From the NCBI GenBank assembly GCA_977020255.1, contig CDROCS010000253.1, forward strand, positions 496,001 to 560,000: 64,000 bases of DNA. The letters are read 5' to 3'. Under the pieces are notes generated by a model, which saw nothing but the letters and a program-made list of their open reading frames with translations, had not been told where the DNA came from and made no database searches. Shown piece after piece: positions 1 through 10,667 of the stretch (within the stretch, counting starts at the first letter, position 1; every line of letters starts with the position of its first letter). This stretch comes from Obrimoposthia wandeli. Taxonomy: Eukaryota. The position numbers and the translations under genes are program-made.

Positions 1-574
1 CACCTTCAACTTGAGATAGTAATGGTAAAATAGTTGTGCCTGAGTGACCACCAATTACTGGTACTTTAACTGTAGCAACATCTAAGCCTTTCAGTTCAGC
101 AACAAAAGCTTCACTACGGATAACATCTAAAGTAGTCACACCGAAAAGGCGAGCAGCATCATAAGTACCCGCTTTTTTGAATACTTCAGCAACAATTGGC
201 ACAGTACCGTTAACTGGGTTAGTAATTACACCTACCAACGCTTTAGGACAGCTAGCAACAATGCCTTCAGCCAATACTTTAATAATACCAGCATTTACAT
301 TGAACAAATCAGCACGGTCCATACCTGGCTTACGTGGCATACCTGCTGGGATCAAAACGATATCAGCACCTGCTAACGCACCGTTAAGGTCGTCACGACC
401 AAAACCAGCAACTTTAACATCAGTTGGGATGTGTGATAAATCTACCGCAACACCTGGAACAACAGGTGCAACATCATATAAAGACAACTCAGATCCTGCT
501 GGTAATTGAGTTTTCAATAATAATGATAATGCTTGACCAATACCGCCTGCGGCGCCTAAAACAGCTACTTTCAT
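1..574 (-). CDS. mdh: Malate dehydrogenase (5' part; runs off the window start)
   Basis: Not in the ORF track. Reverse complement from the ATG at 574 reads [50 protein letters not shown]...[24 protein letters not shown], a classic MDH N-terminus. Divergent from argR, as in enterobacteria. Confidence 0.97.
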   Translation of the reverse strand, partial: MKVAVLGAAGGIGQALSLLLKTQLPAGSELSLYDVAPVVPGVAVDLSHIPTDVKVAGFGRDDLNGALAGADIVLIPAGMPRKPGMDRADLFNVNAGIIKVLAEGIVASCPKALVGVITNPVNGTVPIVAEVFKKAGTYDAARLFGVTTLDVIRSEAFVAELKGLDVATVKVPVIGGHSGTTILPLLSQVEG

Positions 575-814
575 GTGATTTCTCCGAAACTAAGTGGGGG
601 TTATTTGTTGTAAAATTTATGATTAAAATATTATTCGAGTAAATACGTTAATTTTTTGCTGACCAAAAGATATAGCATAAGTAAGTAAAAAACAATTGTT
701 ATACTCTTTTACTCAGATATTAACTTTCAGTATTAGGATGCGATAACGTATACTAGCTTTATTTATACTGATTACAAACGCCACTTTAGTCTACTACAGG
801 GTTGATTACGCATT

Positions 815-1288
815 ATGAGCGGTTTACAAAAACAAGAAGCACTCGTACAAGAATTTAAAGATTTACTAAAACAAGAACAGTTTGGCTCTCAAGGTGAAAT
901 CGTTGATGCACTCAAAGCCAATGGATTTGACAATATCAGTCAATCAAAAATATCTCGTATGCTCAGTAAATTTGGTGCAGTAAGAACCCGAAATGCTCGC
1001 CAAGAAATGGTCTATTGTTTACCTGCTGAATTAGGCGTACCGACCGCACAAAGCCCACTTAAGCAGTTGGTATTAGAAATAGAACATAACGAAGTAATGA
1101 TCATCATTCAAACGAGTCCCGGTGCTGCGCAATTAATTGCCCGACTACTTGATAGTTTAAGTAAAAGTGATGGTGTACTTGGCACAATTGCTGGAGATGA
1201 TACTATTTTCATTGCACCTAGTGATGTGAGTAAAATCAATGAAACCATCAAAAAATTAGAACAACTTTTCTCTAAAAACTTAAGCTAA
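815..1288 (+). CDS. argR: Arginine repressor
   Basis: SQSKISRML helix-turn-helix, [14 protein letters not shown] and [10 protein letters not shown] motifs; 157 aa. Confidence 0.97.
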   Translation: MSGLQKQEALVQEFKDLLKQEQFGSQGEIVDALKANGFDNISQSKISRMLSKFGAVRTRNARQEMVYCLPAELGVPTAQSPLKQLVLEIEHNEVMIIIQTSPGAAQLIARLLDSLSKSDGVLGTIAGDDTIFIAPSDVSKINETIKKLEQLFSKNLS

Positions 1289-1328
1289 AATTTACGCTTA
1301 AAGTTAACCCTAAAACATAGGGGATAGC

Positions 1329-4300
1329 TTAAACTTTTATTTCACTTAGCACTTTTTTTATGCTGCTAAGCAATGTTTGTCCGGTAACGGGTTTAGGCAT
1401 ATGCAAGTTCATTCCGGCTGCTAAACTTTGTTGTTTATCTTCCTCTCGGGCATGAGCTGTCATGGCGATGATGGGTAAATGTTGATACTTTTTTTGCGAT
1501 CTAATATGTTTAGCTGCGGTAAGTCCATCCATAATGGGCATTTGAATATCCATTAATACAACATCAAAATCATGTTCTGCTAAGATATCTAAAGCCCCTT
1601 GACCGTTATCAGCTATAATCACTTTAGCCTGCATACTCAATAACAACTCTTTAGCGACTAATTGATTAACTAAGTTATCCTCCACCAACAAAACAGACAC
1701 GCCTTGTAAATTCTCTCCACCCTTTGTAATTAAGCTCCCTTTGCTATTCACTGTTGCTGTTGTATTAATAACGCCATCTCTATGATCCTGATAATGATTA
1801 GTGCTTACTCTTAAAACGTTATTCTGTTGAGCTGAGTGCTCTACTTTATAAAATAACGCTTGTGCTATTTGGTCAAGCGCATAACGAAACAAAGGCATAT
1901 CAACTAAAAGGTAAGGTGTAGACAGCTGATCTAAATAGTTACACGTTTCATTGTTCAGTTGCGTTAATGCCGGCTGGCACAAACAGAGTAATTTAAACTT
2001 AGCTAAAGGGAGCATTAACTCTTGATCACTTTGTTGCTGAACAAAATCTGCTTCTCCAATAAGTAAAACACTATTTTCTACAATGTCTAACTGACATAAC
2101 GCTTGAACACTACTAACGGTATGTAACAGCCAATTCATTTTAGTAATACTTTGAGTAAAGCTGGCTGATAGCTTTTGATTTATCGTATAAATACTAATAT
2201 CAGAGAGTAAGGGCTGACTTAATTCTGCAGGTAAATTAGTCCTCAACTCATCAGTAACTCGTTGAGTTGATTTATCCTCTATTGCTGAGATTTTTTGATT
2301 CAATAGGTCAAGTTGAACTCGTTGAAATGGCAAGACAAAGCTAAGTTCACTGCCTTGTCCTAATTGGCTAGTAAGTTTGATCTTGCCGCCGAGCAGCTTA
2401 ATAATTTGTTGGCAAATAGATAAGCCTAAGCCTGAGCCGCCATATTTTCGCGTCATTGATTCATCGGCTTGGCTAAAGGCGTTAAACAAATGGCTTTGAT
2501 TATGATTAGCAATACCAATACCGGTGTCACTCACTCGAAAACGTAGTTGAGCCACAGTATCATCTATTGAAAGCGCATCAATGGTTAACTTAATCTGACC
2601 TTGTTCGGTAAACTTGATAGCATTATTAAATAAATTAGCCAGTACTTGAACTAAGCGCATTTCATCACTGATCACATTGCTAGGCACATCTGCACCCATA
2701 TCAACAATTATCTCCACGCGTTGATGATCGACATTGGTAATATTGAGTTTCAATGCTTTATTAATAATAATCGGCAGATTCACTGCCTCTTGATTGACAA
2801 TCATTTTACCCGCTTCAATCTTTGACAAATCTAAAAGCTCATCAACCAGATGAAGCAAGGTTGATGAAGCACTTTGCGCATTCATTAAATAATGTTGCTG
2901 ACGGGTATCTAGAGAAGTATGAGTTAACAAATCCATCATGCCCTGCATGGCATTGATTGGTGTTCTAACTTCATGGCTCATATTTGCCAGAAACTGAATC
3001 TTGACTCGGTTAGCATACTCGGCTTGATTTTTTGCTTTTTCCAATGCTAACTGTGTGGTTTGCTGTAACGTAACATCGTGTAAAATACTGATAGAGCCGA
3101 GAATATTACCTTGTTCATCGGTAAACTGATTACAAAAACCTTGATAGATAAATGCCCCTGCTTTAATGAATGCTTGTTGGGGGTAAACATCATTGTTGAT
3201 AGCATTTAATCGGTTAATTTCTTCTGCCAAAAGGACTGGCATAAAATTGACTGCACTAACCCCTAACATTTGTTCAACAGAATGATTAGTCAAACGCTCA
3301 AAAGCCTTGTTACAACCCATTAATAAGCCGTTAGGATCATTAAAGACAATCAATTCAGGGATGGCATTCATCACCGACCGTAATAGAGCATAATCACGTT
3401 GATGCTTAGTACTTGTTTCCTGTAGCGCTTTCGTTTTTTCAATAACACGGCTATCTAACACATCATTCTGCTCGGTAAGCTGTAATAATAAACTACGATT
3501 TTGAGCAAATATATCTTCAACCACTTGAAACCAATGTAGCCAATCAGCTGCTGGGGTAACCTTACCAGGATCCCCTTCAGCACAGTATTGAATATGACTT
3601 ATAAATTCAGTTGTTGGTTTAATAAAGGTACGCTTTGTCATGGTATTAACTAACATAAGAAATGCCAGCAAGCCGATAAATGACATCGCAAAAACAAAAA
3701 TAAAATCACTATACAGGGGCGCTGAAAAGTCCTCATACTGCTGATATTTAAGTAAGGTCCAACCATTAACAGCGAGCACCTGTTTTTCAATAAACCAATC
3801 ACCTAAGCGTTCAGTACTTCCTAATTTAGCTAGATGCTTAGCATTAAGACCTTGCAGTGATTTAGGTAATAGATCTTGCCAAGAAGCACGATAACTTAGT
3901 GACTCTTTCCCTAGACGTTTTGAAAGTAGAACATCATTGTTTTTATTATATAAAACAAGTCCTTGATTATAGGATTCTAATTCAGGCAAACTGGCATGCA
4001 AACGCGATAAATTGATATCAATAACGACTGAGCCTAACAACTTGCCCTGATGAACAACACCCGTTCCTAATGAAGCATTCATGCCCCCACCCGCAGCATC
4101 TAGATAAGGAGGAGACCATATAACACGATTATTTTTTGCTGTTAATACTCGCATGGCTTTACCATGTGGGCTATTTAGGGCTTTTTCACTAAACTGCCAT
4201 ATTTCACGGTCAACCCAAGGGTATATATTCACAAAGTTATCCAAGGAAATATAATAAAACCATGTTGCTTCTTTGAGGATGTTTTGCGCAGCAACAAATG

Positions 4301-4739
4301 CAGGAGTTAACGCATTAGCCATGGCGATTTCTTGTTTTTTAAGTTCGCCAAACTGACTCACCTGCCCTATACCAGTAATATTACTACTTAAACGTTTACC
4401 TTGCTTAATGACATCATGCAGGGGCTTATTTAAATAAAACATATCCTCTTGTTGTGACAAGGAAGGCATAGGAGTATTTATTTCATTCGGGTGCTTTAGA
4501 ATATACTCGGCAAATTCTTTTATACCAACGACCGCTTGAACACTTTGCTCTAGCATAATATTTAGCTGTTGAGCCTCTTGATGGAGCTCGGCCAAACTTT
4601 GCTGTTTATGTTGCGCGATTTGATTGAAATAACGTAATGAGGCGACAGAAAAGGCAATGAGAATAATGACAATAAAGGCAACTACTACGGTGGTGTTATA
4701 GCGCCTGAAAACTGTATTTATGCCCGCTTGGTAATACAC
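1329..4739 (-). CDS. Membrane-bound hybrid sensor histidine kinase/response regulator (Cache-like sensor, PAS, HisKA, HATPase, receiver)
   Basis: Two TM segments flank a periplasmic domain (WSPPYLDAAGGG). PAS (NDPNGLLMGCNKAF), H-box FLANMSHEVRTPINA, G-boxes DTGIGI and GGSGLGLSI, C-terminal receiver VLLVEDN...DVVLMDIQMP...KP. No Hpt domain seen. Confidence 0.92.
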   Translation of the reverse strand: MYYQAGINTVFRRYNTTVVVAFIVIILIAFSVASLRYFNQIAQHKQQSLAELHQEAQQLNIMLEQSVQAVVGIKEFAEYILKHPNEINTPMPSLSQQEDMFYLNKPLHDVIKQGKRLSSNITGIGQVSQFGELKKQEIAMANALTPAFVAAQNILKEATWFYYISLDNFVNIYPWVDREIWQFSEKALNSPHGKAMRVLTAKNNRVIWSPPYLDAAGGGMNASLGTGVVHQGKLLGSVVIDINLSRLHASLPELESYNQGLVLYNKNNDVLLSKRLGKESLSYRASWQDLLPKSLQGLNAKHLAKLGSTERLGDWFIEKQVLAVNGWTLLKYQQYEDFSAPLYSDFIFVFAMSFIGLLAFLMLVNTMTKRTFIKPTTEFISHIQYCAEGDPGKVTPAADWLHWFQVVEDIFAQNRSLLLQLTEQNDVLDSRVIEKTKALQETSTKHQRDYALLRSVMNAIPELIVFNDPNGLLMGCNKAFERLTNHSVEQMLGVSAVNFMPVLLAEEINRLNAINNDVYPQQAFIKAGAFIYQGFCNQFTDEQGNILGSISILHDVTLQQTTQLALEKAKNQAEYANRVKIQFLANMSHEVRTPINAMQGMMDLLTHTSLDTRQQHYLMNAQSASSTLLHLVDELLDLSKIEAGKMIVNQEAVNLPIIINKALKLNITNVDHQRVEIIVDMGADVPSNVISDEMRLVQVLANLFNNAIKFTEQGQIKLTIDALSIDDTVAQLRFRVSDTGIGIANHNQSHLFNAFSQADESMTRKYGGSGLGLSICQQIIKLLGGKIKLTSQLGQGSELSFVLPFQRVQLDLLNQKISAIEDKSTQRVTDELRTNLPAELSQPLLSDISIYTINQKLSASFTQSITKMNWLLHTVSSVQALCQLDIVENSVLLIGEADFVQQQSDQELMLPLAKFKLLCLCQPALTQLNNETCNYLDQLSTPYLLVDMPLFRYALDQIAQALFYKVEHSAQQNNVLRVSTNHYQDHRDGVINTTATVNSKGSLITKGGENLQGVSVLLVEDNLVNQLVAKELLLSMQAKVIIADNGQGALDILAEHDFDVVLMDIQMPIMDGLTAAKHIRSQKKYQHLPIIAMTAHAREEDKQQSLAAGMNLHMPKPVTGQTLLSSIKKVLSEIKV

Positions 4740-4761
4740 GACAACGCCTTAATTTTTTGTA

Positions 4762-4820
4762 TATACACGTTAGCAATCAAGATGCATGTTTCAGAGTGCA
4801 CTTTGAATGGTAACGGGTAT
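4762..4820. repeat. 59-bp internally deleted ERIC-like element (type-2 termini)
   Basis: TATACACGTTAGCAATCAAGATGCATGTTTCAGAGTGC joined directly to ACTTTGAATGGTAACGGGTAT. These are the two ends of the 264-bp element at 48765-49028. Confidence 0.85.
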
Positions 4821-4952
4821 CGATAATCAGATAACTTGATAAGTTAAAGCAGTCACCCGATTTAAACAAGGATTAAACAAGCGTTAAACAAGGAAAAGTA
4901 ACGTATTTATAGCCGCTACTTTTTCTTGTGCATTAGCAAGTACATTAACAAA

Positions 4953-6386
4953 CTATAAATTTTCCTCTGCAAATGACGCAAGTCTGCTACGTACCACACC
5001 GTTTAAGTTAACGGTCGCAGATCCCGGGAAATCTTTAAAACGCTCGACAATGTAAGTTAGTCCAGAGGTAACTGCGGTTAAATAGTTACTATCAATTTGC
5101 GCCAAATTACCTGAGCAAACTAATTTAGTCCCTTCACCACAGCGGGTGATAATAGTTTTTAGCTGAGCCGCAGTTAAATTTTGACACTCATCAAGCAGTA
5201 CGAGGGCGTTTTGAATACTACGTCCACGCATGAAATTCACCGACTTGAATTGGATATTGGCTTTATCCATAATATAGTTCAAGCTGCCATGCATACTTTC
5301 ATCTTGTTGATGTAACACTTCAAGAGAATCCGTTATTGCAGCGAGCCAAGGCGCCATTTTCTCTTCTTCGGTACCCGGTAAAAAGCCAATAGATTCTGCA
5401 ATTTCAGGTGTACTACGCGTTACAATTATTTTGTCATAAAGACCACGTTCTATTACTTGCTCTAAAGCCGAAGCTAAAGCAAGTAAGGTCTTACCACTAC
5501 CTGCTGGCCCGGTAAGAATAACTAAATCAATCGTAGGGTCCAATAAGGCATCCATTGCCATACCTTGATAAATATTTTTAGGATGAATACCCCAAGCATT
5601 TTTCGCTAACAGTCGCTCACGCCCTAGGTCTAAAATAGAAATTTTCTCATCATCCCAACCGGTAACCTTTCCAGCAAAAGTATCACCCTCATCGAGTAAG
5701 TATTCATTGATGTAAGTTGAAGGTACTGTATCTCGCGCAACATAATGGGTAGTGTTCCTCCCTTCTGTCTCGCTATCAACAGACTGAATTTGTTGCCAGA
5801 AATCGCCTTCAAATTGATGATAGCCTTTAGTCAAAAATTGAATGTCATCAATGAGCTGATCAGTTCTGTAATCTTCAACGTGTGCTAGCCCTGCTCCCTT
5901 TGCTTTCAGACGCATATTAATATCTTTAGTGACCAGAACAATTTTTTTATTCGGCGTTTTCTTTTGGATATGCAAAGCAGCGTTAATGATACGATTATCA
6001 TTTTCATTGAAAGATAAAGTATGAGCAGTTTTCTCAAGGGCATAATCATTAATAATGGCGAGACTGCCACTGGGATGTTGGTCATCGTTTTGAGGAAGTT
6101 TAACGCCAGCAAGTACTTGGTCTGGTGTGGCATCTCGCAAAGTGTCTTCAAGCGCTCGTATAGCAACCCTAGCATCACGACTGACATCTTTACGCCTATC
6201 TTTGATTGAGTCGAGCTCTTCCAGCACGGTCATGGGTACAACCACATCATGTTCTTTGAAAGATAAAAAAGCGAAAGGTTCGTGCAAAAGGATATTAGTA
6301 TCTAATATATAGATAATTTGTTGTTCGTTAACTTCCGTTTGAAGTGGGGTAGCTAATTTCTCATTATTCATATTCTCTTTAGTCAT
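4953..6386 (-). CDS. PhoH-family ATPase with N-terminal PIN domain (PIN-PhoH)
   Basis: PIN motifs ILDTNILLH, VLEELD, NDNRII, LVTKDINMRLKA; P-loop GPAGSGKT; FMRGRS and LLDECQN PhoH motifs. Start moved to MTKEN (6386); the ORF track starts at 6443. Confidence 0.9.
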   Translation of the reverse strand: MTKENMNNEKLATPLQTEVNEQQIIYILDTNILLHEPFAFLSFKEHDVVVPMTVLEELDSIKDRRKDVSRDARVAIRALEDTLRDATPDQVLAGVKLPQNDDQHPSGSLAIINDYALEKTAHTLSFNENDNRIINAALHIQKKTPNKKIVLVTKDINMRLKAKGAGLAHVEDYRTDQLIDDIQFLTKGYHQFEGDFWQQIQSVDSETEGRNTTHYVARDTVPSTYINEYLLDEGDTFAGKVTGWDDEKISILDLGRERLLAKNAWGIHPKNIYQGMAMDALLDPTIDLVILTGPAGSGKTLLALASALEQVIERGLYDKIIVTRSTPEIAESIGFLPGTEEEKMAPWLAAITDSLEVLHQQDESMHGSLNYIMDKANIQFKSVNFMRGRSIQNALVLLDECQNLTAAQLKTIITRCGEGTKLVCSGNLAQIDSNYLTAVTSGLTYIVERFKDFPGSATVNLNGVVRSRLASFAEENL

Positions 6387-6462
6387 GACTAATCTCCGTA
6401 ATTCACTGACAAAACAAATATAAAAGAGCAATACCGTAATCAATATCGATTAAAGTATAGCT

Positions 6463-6728
6463 TATACCAAGCGGACTAATTTATTGATCACTTAGCGAGA
6501 ATTAAAAGGTTTAGAGGCAAGGCATTGATTGAAGAGAATAGTTATTCTATTGTCAAAATCAATAACGCCGCATGTAATCCTTTTAAACTCGTCCTTCGGA
6601 AGCTCCTTAGCAAACTGATAACATCACCAAATGAATAAAATATAGACTAACTATGTTTAAATCATTTTGCTTGTTTTAAGCTCGCTAATGTAGTTCTAAG
6701 CTGACTAATAAATTAATCCGTTTGGTAT
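6463..6728. mobile_element. ERIC-like MITE, copy A (type-3 termini, about 266 bp)
   Basis: TIRs ATACCAAGCGGACTAATTTATT / AATAAATTAATCCGTTTGGTAT (22 bp, 2 mismatches). The core GGCAAGGCATTGATTGAAGAGAATAGTTATTC is shared with the copies at 22268, 35949 and 41599. Confidence 0.85.
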
Positions 6729-6884
6729 TATTAACAATAATATCTTAATAATTGCGAAGCAAGCATAATTTTTAATGATTCCGTCTATGATTAAGAGTAC
6801 TATAGCGCCTTTTTTTTACCCCTAGTTTTTAATGCTTAGTATTTGCCTTAATAAGCACTAAGCAATCGTTGGAGAAGTAAGTTT

Positions 6885-9812
6885 ATGCCATTTCAGGTAG
6901 GTCAGCGTTGGATCAGTGACAGTGAATCAGATCAAGGATTGGGTACAGTAACTGGCGTTGAAAATCGCTTTGTTAATATTATTTTCACAGCAACCGGTGA
7001 AGCCCGTAAATACGCTAAAGAAAATGCGCCATTAACGCGTGTTATCTTTAATAAAGATGACCTTATCCCTAGCCACGAAGGCTGGTCGTTAAAAGTAACT
7101 TCACATAGTGAAGCTCATGGCATAATCAACTACGAAGGCATACGCCAAGATACCAATGAGCAAGTCATCCTAAAAGAAGTGATGATAGACCACTTTATTA
7201 AATTCAATAAACCTCACGACCGCTTACTCAATAGCCAAGTTGACCGTTTAGACTGGTTTCGCTTGCGAAAAGATTGCTTACAACATCAATATCAACAACA
7301 GCAATCTGATTTAACCGGTTTGACCGGTGGTCGAGTTAGCTTAATACCACACCAACTGTATATTGCCGATGAAGTCGGTAATCGCTTTGCTCCTAGAGTT
7401 TTACTGGCCGATGAAGTTGGCTTAGGAAAAACCATTGAAGCGGGTTTAATCATCCATCAGCAATTGGTCACTGGCCGTGCAAAAAGAATTCTGATCATAG
7501 TACCCGAGTCTTTAATGCATCAATGGTTGGTTGAAATGCTACGCCGTTTTAACCTTAACTTTAGTATTTTTGATAATGAGCGTTGTGTTGAAACTAGCCA
7601 AGATAATTATATTGATGGCAAAAAAGCTAATCCCTTTAGTTCAGAACAATTAGTACTGGTTAACCTAGGTTTTATCACTAATAATCCACAATGGTATGAC
7701 GCATTACTTAGTGAAGATTGGGATTTAATGGTGGTCGATGAGGCGCACCATCTAAACTGGCAACAAGATAAACCCAGTATTGAATACCAGTGTATTGAAC
7801 AACTCGCGCAAGTCATCCCAGGTGTTTTATTATTAACTGCCACACCAGATCAATTAGGTCATGAAAGTCACTTTGCCCGTTTACGTTTGCTTGATGCTGA
7901 CCGTTTTTATGATTATCAAAAATTCACTGAAGAAGAATCCCATTATAGCGAAGTTGCTGATGCTGCCAATGCGTTAGTCGAAGGTAACAAACTTTCTAGT
8001 GAGCAAGAAAAGACACTCTCTGATTTATTAAAAGAAACTGATATCAGCGTGCAACTGACTGAGTTAAATCAAACAGACAGCGAGCAATCAGTAAAAGTAC
8101 GCCAAGGTTTATTAAAACAGTTACTCGACAGACACGGTACTGGTCGTATCTTGTTTAGAAACTCTCGCAATACTATTAAAGGCTTCCCTGCCCGTCAAGT
8201 AGTACCCGCTGCGTTAGCTATGCCTGAGCAATATCAAGAAAACATTAATGAGTTTATGCTCAGTGACTGCCCTGAAGCCTTAGCGAAATCAAAGCAGGCT
8301 AAATATATTTTCACCCCAGAAATGCTGCACGGCTTAAATCAACAAAATGACACTTGGACTGACTTTGATCCTAGAGTTGATTATTTAATTGATCTATTAC
8401 AGTCACTTAAAAAAGAAAAAGTATTAGTCATTTGTGCAAATGCTCAAACAGCGATTGATTTAGAAGCTGTTCTTCGTATTAAAGAAGGTATTCGCAGCGC
8501 TGTTTTCCATGAGGGTCTATCAATATTTGAACGCGATAAGGCTGCCGCTTATTTTGCCCAAGACGAAGATAGTGCTCAACTATTGCTGTGTTCTGAGATT
8601 GGTAGTGAAGGACGTAATTTTCAATTTGCTCATCATCTAGTGCTTTTTGATTTACCCAGCAACCCTGATTTATTAGAGCAACGCATTGGTCGCTTAGACA
8701 GAATTGGCCAAACAGAGATAATCCGTATTCATGTGCCTTACTTTGAAGATTCGGCCCAGCAGTTATTATTTGATTGGTACCAACAAGGTATGCAAGCATT
8801 TGAGCATACCTGTATTACCGGTCGAGTGGTTTTTGAAACTTTTGGTGAACAACTACTCGCATTAGCGTTAACTTGCCAACAGCAATCAGCTGAAGCAGAG
8901 TCGCTGATTAGTAGCAGTTGGCAGAAACATTTAACCATTAAAGCTGAATTAGAATCTGGCCGAGATAAGTTATTAGAGCTGAACTCATCTGGCCAAGGAC
9001 GTGCCCATGAATTAGTTGAGAAAATACAGCAAGCTGATAATGACATAGGCTTACCTCAATTTATGTTTCAGGCACTCGATGTATTCGGTGTGCAGCAAGA
9101 TGATAAAGCGGATAATGCCATCGCCTTGAATCAAAGCGAGCATATGCTTAATAGTAACTTCCCTTGTTTACCAGAAGACGGCACCACTGTTACTTTTGAT
9201 AGAGAGACAGCCTTAGTTAATGAGAATTATCAATTATTAACTTGGGATCATCCTATGGTTCGTGGTGTGATGGATTTGGTCCTCAGCGATGAAATTGGTA
9301 ATGCCAGTATTGGTTTATTAAAAAATGAAGCACTACCGGTAGGCACCTTCTTCCTTGAATGCTTATTTACCGTTGAAGCTACCGCCCCTGCTCATTTACA
9401 ACTAGGTCGTTACTTACCTACTACGCCAATTCGTATCTTGGTAGACAAAAATGGCAATAATTTAGCAGACAAAGTCAGTGAAAAAGTACTTGATAAACAA
9501 TTGTCACCTGTTAAAAAACAAATGGCCTTACAACTTATCAAAGCACTTAAGACACAAATAGCGCCTTTGGTTGCTAAAGCAGAAGCACATGGCGCGCAGC
9601 ATATTATTGCAATCCAAGAGAAGTCGTTAACAGCAATGCAAAATAAACTCTCGTTAGAGCAACAAAGATTAACAGCCTTAAAAGCTATTAACCCAAGTGT
9701 GCGCCAAGAAGAGATTGATTTTATTAGTCAGCAACAAGATGAATTAAGCCACTATATTGATAAAGCGCAATTGACCTTTGAAGCAATTCGCATGATAGTG
9801 GTTACGCACTAA
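6885..9812 (+). CDS. rapA: RNA polymerase-associated SWI2/SNF2 ATPase RapA (HepA)
   Basis: MPFQVGQRWISDSE N-terminus; LLADEVGLGKTIEAG, VDEAHH and EQRIGRLDRIGQ motifs; 975 aa. Confidence 0.97.
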   Translation: MPFQVGQRWISDSESDQGLGTVTGVENRFVNIIFTATGEARKYAKENAPLTRVIFNKDDLIPSHEGWSLKVTSHSEAHGIINYEGIRQDTNEQVILKEVMIDHFIKFNKPHDRLLNSQVDRLDWFRLRKDCLQHQYQQQQSDLTGLTGGRVSLIPHQLYIADEVGNRFAPRVLLADEVGLGKTIEAGLIIHQQLVTGRAKRILIIVPESLMHQWLVEMLRRFNLNFSIFDNERCVETSQDNYIDGKKANPFSSEQLVLVNLGFITNNPQWYDALLSEDWDLMVVDEAHHLNWQQDKPSIEYQCIEQLAQVIPGVLLLTATPDQLGHESHFARLRLLDADRFYDYQKFTEEESHYSEVADAANALVEGNKLSSEQEKTLSDLLKETDISVQLTELNQTDSEQSVKVRQGLLKQLLDRHGTGRILFRNSRNTIKGFPARQVVPAALAMPEQYQENINEFMLSDCPEALAKSKQAKYIFTPEMLHGLNQQNDTWTDFDPRVDYLIDLLQSLKKEKVLVICANAQTAIDLEAVLRIKEGIRSAVFHEGLSIFERDKAAAYFAQDEDSAQLLLCSEIGSEGRNFQFAHHLVLFDLPSNPDLLEQRIGRLDRIGQTEIIRIHVPYFEDSAQQLLFDWYQQGMQAFEHTCITGRVVFETFGEQLLALALTCQQQSAEAESLISSSWQKHLTIKAELESGRDKLLELNSSGQGRAHELVEKIQQADNDIGLPQFMFQALDVFGVQQDDKADNAIALNQSEHMLNSNFPCLPEDGTTVTFDRETALVNENYQLLTWDHPMVRGVMDLVLSDEIGNASIGLLKNEALPVGTFFLECLFTVEATAPAHLQLGRYLPTTPIRILVDKNGNNLADKVSEKVLDKQLSPVKKQMALQLIKALKTQIAPLVAKAEAHGAQHIIAIQEKSLTAMQNKLSLEQQRLTALKAINPSVRQEEIDFISQQQDELSHYIDKAQLTFEAIRMIVVTH

Positions 9813-9864
9813 CTAGTTACGCCTTAACTGATTGGGCTAAGTTCAAATGAGCATAGCCCTAATC

Positions 9865-9900
9865 ATACCAATCAGATTAATTAATGGATCTGATTGGTAT
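9865..9900. repeat. Perfect 13-bp inverted repeat with MITE-like ends
   Basis: ATACCAATCAGAT-TAATTAATGG-ATCTGATTGGTAT. The ends match the ATACCAA...TTGGTAT termini of copies A and B. Confidence 0.6.
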
Positions 9901-9919
9901 CACTAATCCTGAGAAAATA

Positions 9920-10603
9920 ATGAGCGCAAACCCTGATTTTATCTATTTACCTCCGATGTCACCTTACCTTGATATTATTTACCAAGATGATGATATTGTT
10001 GTCTTAAATAAAGCGAGTGGTATTCTAAGTGTGCCTGGTCGCTTACCTGAACATCAAGATTGTTTACAAAACCGTGTGCAAAGAATTTTACCTACTGCCA
10101 CTATCGTGCATAGGTTAGATATGGCCACTTCAGGCATCATGATTATGGCGTTAAACAAACCCGCACATGTCGCTATTAGCCGTCAATTTGAGCAAAGAAA
10201 AACTCAAAAGAGCTATATCGCCCGTGTATGGGGTTTAGTCGAACTGAGTGAAGGCAGTGTGGATTTACCCTTGATATCTGACTGGCCCAATAGACCAAAG
10301 CAAAAAGTTGACCGTGAAAACGGTAAAAAATCATTAACGCATTATCGCGTGCTTAGCCATAATGATTCAACAGATGAACAAGCTAGTACTCTGCTTGAAC
10401 TGACACCTATTACCGGACGTTCTCATCAACTTAGAGTCCATATGTTAGCCTTAGGTCATCCCATATTAGGGGATAGACTTTATGCGCCTAAAGAAGCATT
10501 AACTATGAGAAACAGATTACAGTTACATGCTTTGAATTTACGTTTATTTCATCCAAGTACTGAACAAGCAATTACTTTTAATACACAGTGCCCTTTCAGT
10601 TAA
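9920..10603 (+). CDS. rluA: Pseudouridine synthase RluA
   Basis: NKASGILSVPG, HRLDMATSG (catalytic Asp), TGRSHQLRVH; downstream of rapA. The likely start is MSANP (9920); the longer ORF starts inside the hairpin at 9884. Confidence 0.93.
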   Translation: MSANPDFIYLPPMSPYLDIIYQDDDIVVLNKASGILSVPGRLPEHQDCLQNRVQRILPTATIVHRLDMATSGIMIMALNKPAHVAISRQFEQRKTQKSYIARVWGLVELSEGSVDLPLISDWPNRPKQKVDRENGKKSLTHYRVLSHNDSTDEQASTLLELTPITGRSHQLRVHMLALGHPILGDRLYAPKEALTMRNRLQLHALNLRLFHPSTEQAITFNTQCPFS

Positions 10604-10667
10604 TTCTTTTTATGTCGCGCTTTTTATTCTATGGTCGATATAGAATTATTGGTAAAGGGTAATACCC

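Noticed and set aside
177-642. ORFs 177-509 and 424-642 on the + strand
   Set aside because: They are antisense shadows of mdh, which is the real gene on the minus strand.
700-814. Possible ARG boxes upstream of argR
   Set aside because: AT-rich half-site look-alikes only; no convincing match to the 18-bp TGAAT-N-ATTCA palindrome.
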